A stretch of DNA of 64,000 nucleotides. It comes from Tubulanus polymorphus. Its lineage: Eukaryota > Animalia > Nemertea. A program made the position numbers and the translations under genes. Positions within the stretch are counted from its first letter, which is position 1. Each line of letters starts with the position of its first letter. Below the pieces are notes generated by a model. It searched no databases and was not told the origin of the DNA. It worked only from the letters and a program-made list of their open reading frames with translations. This document shows, in pieces, positions 63,792-64,000 of the stretch. The stretch spans positions 12,261,263-12,325,262 of the forward strand of contig NC_134028.1 of assembly GCF_964204645.1 (NCBI RefSeq), given 5' to 3'.

Positions 63792-64000
63792 ATGCACGTT
63801 ACACCGTCATACAACTCGGCGATAATTTCGGTCTAACTGTAACAAGAGGCCCATAGGCCTTGTACCTTCATGACACAGTGGAAGAAGAATGATTCAGTAT
63901 TCAAAGTTTTACAGAAAGATTTACATCGTAACGATGTAACAAGTTTTAAAATGGTTAAGATGGTATAGGCTATGTGGCGATAATTTTCATTTTCTGTTAA

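Overview
AT-rich, repeat-dense animal (probably marine invertebrate) genomic DNA; no rRNA, tRNA or CRISPR is visible and most short ORFs in the track are spurious. The only host gene I can support is the 5' part of a KATNIP/KIAA0556-like gene on the minus strand: four small phase-compatible GT-AG exons (50571-50504, 37576-37443, 21223-21050, 15211-15120; 156 codons). Its introns and flanks are filled with nested mobile DNA: (i) two head-to-head DIRS1-type tyrosine-recombinase retrotransposons (gag-RT-RH-MT-YR), the plus-strand one with intact ITR/ICR ends and inserted into a HINE; (ii) at least three families of non-autonomous Helentron-type (HINE/DINE-1-like) elements, nearly all in one orientation, two carrying 154-bp or 145-bp internal tandem arrays; (iii) a deleted BEL/Pao element inside a solo LTR inside a HINE; (iv) a decayed Gypsy element; (v) Penelope and CR1 RT fragments; (vi) many MITEs, one carrying foreign coding DNA; and (vii) a full-length hAT transposon with 16-bp TIRs, a 5-bp TSD and a frameshifted 10-exon transposase. 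All family and gene assignments come from motif recognition by eye, not from database searches.
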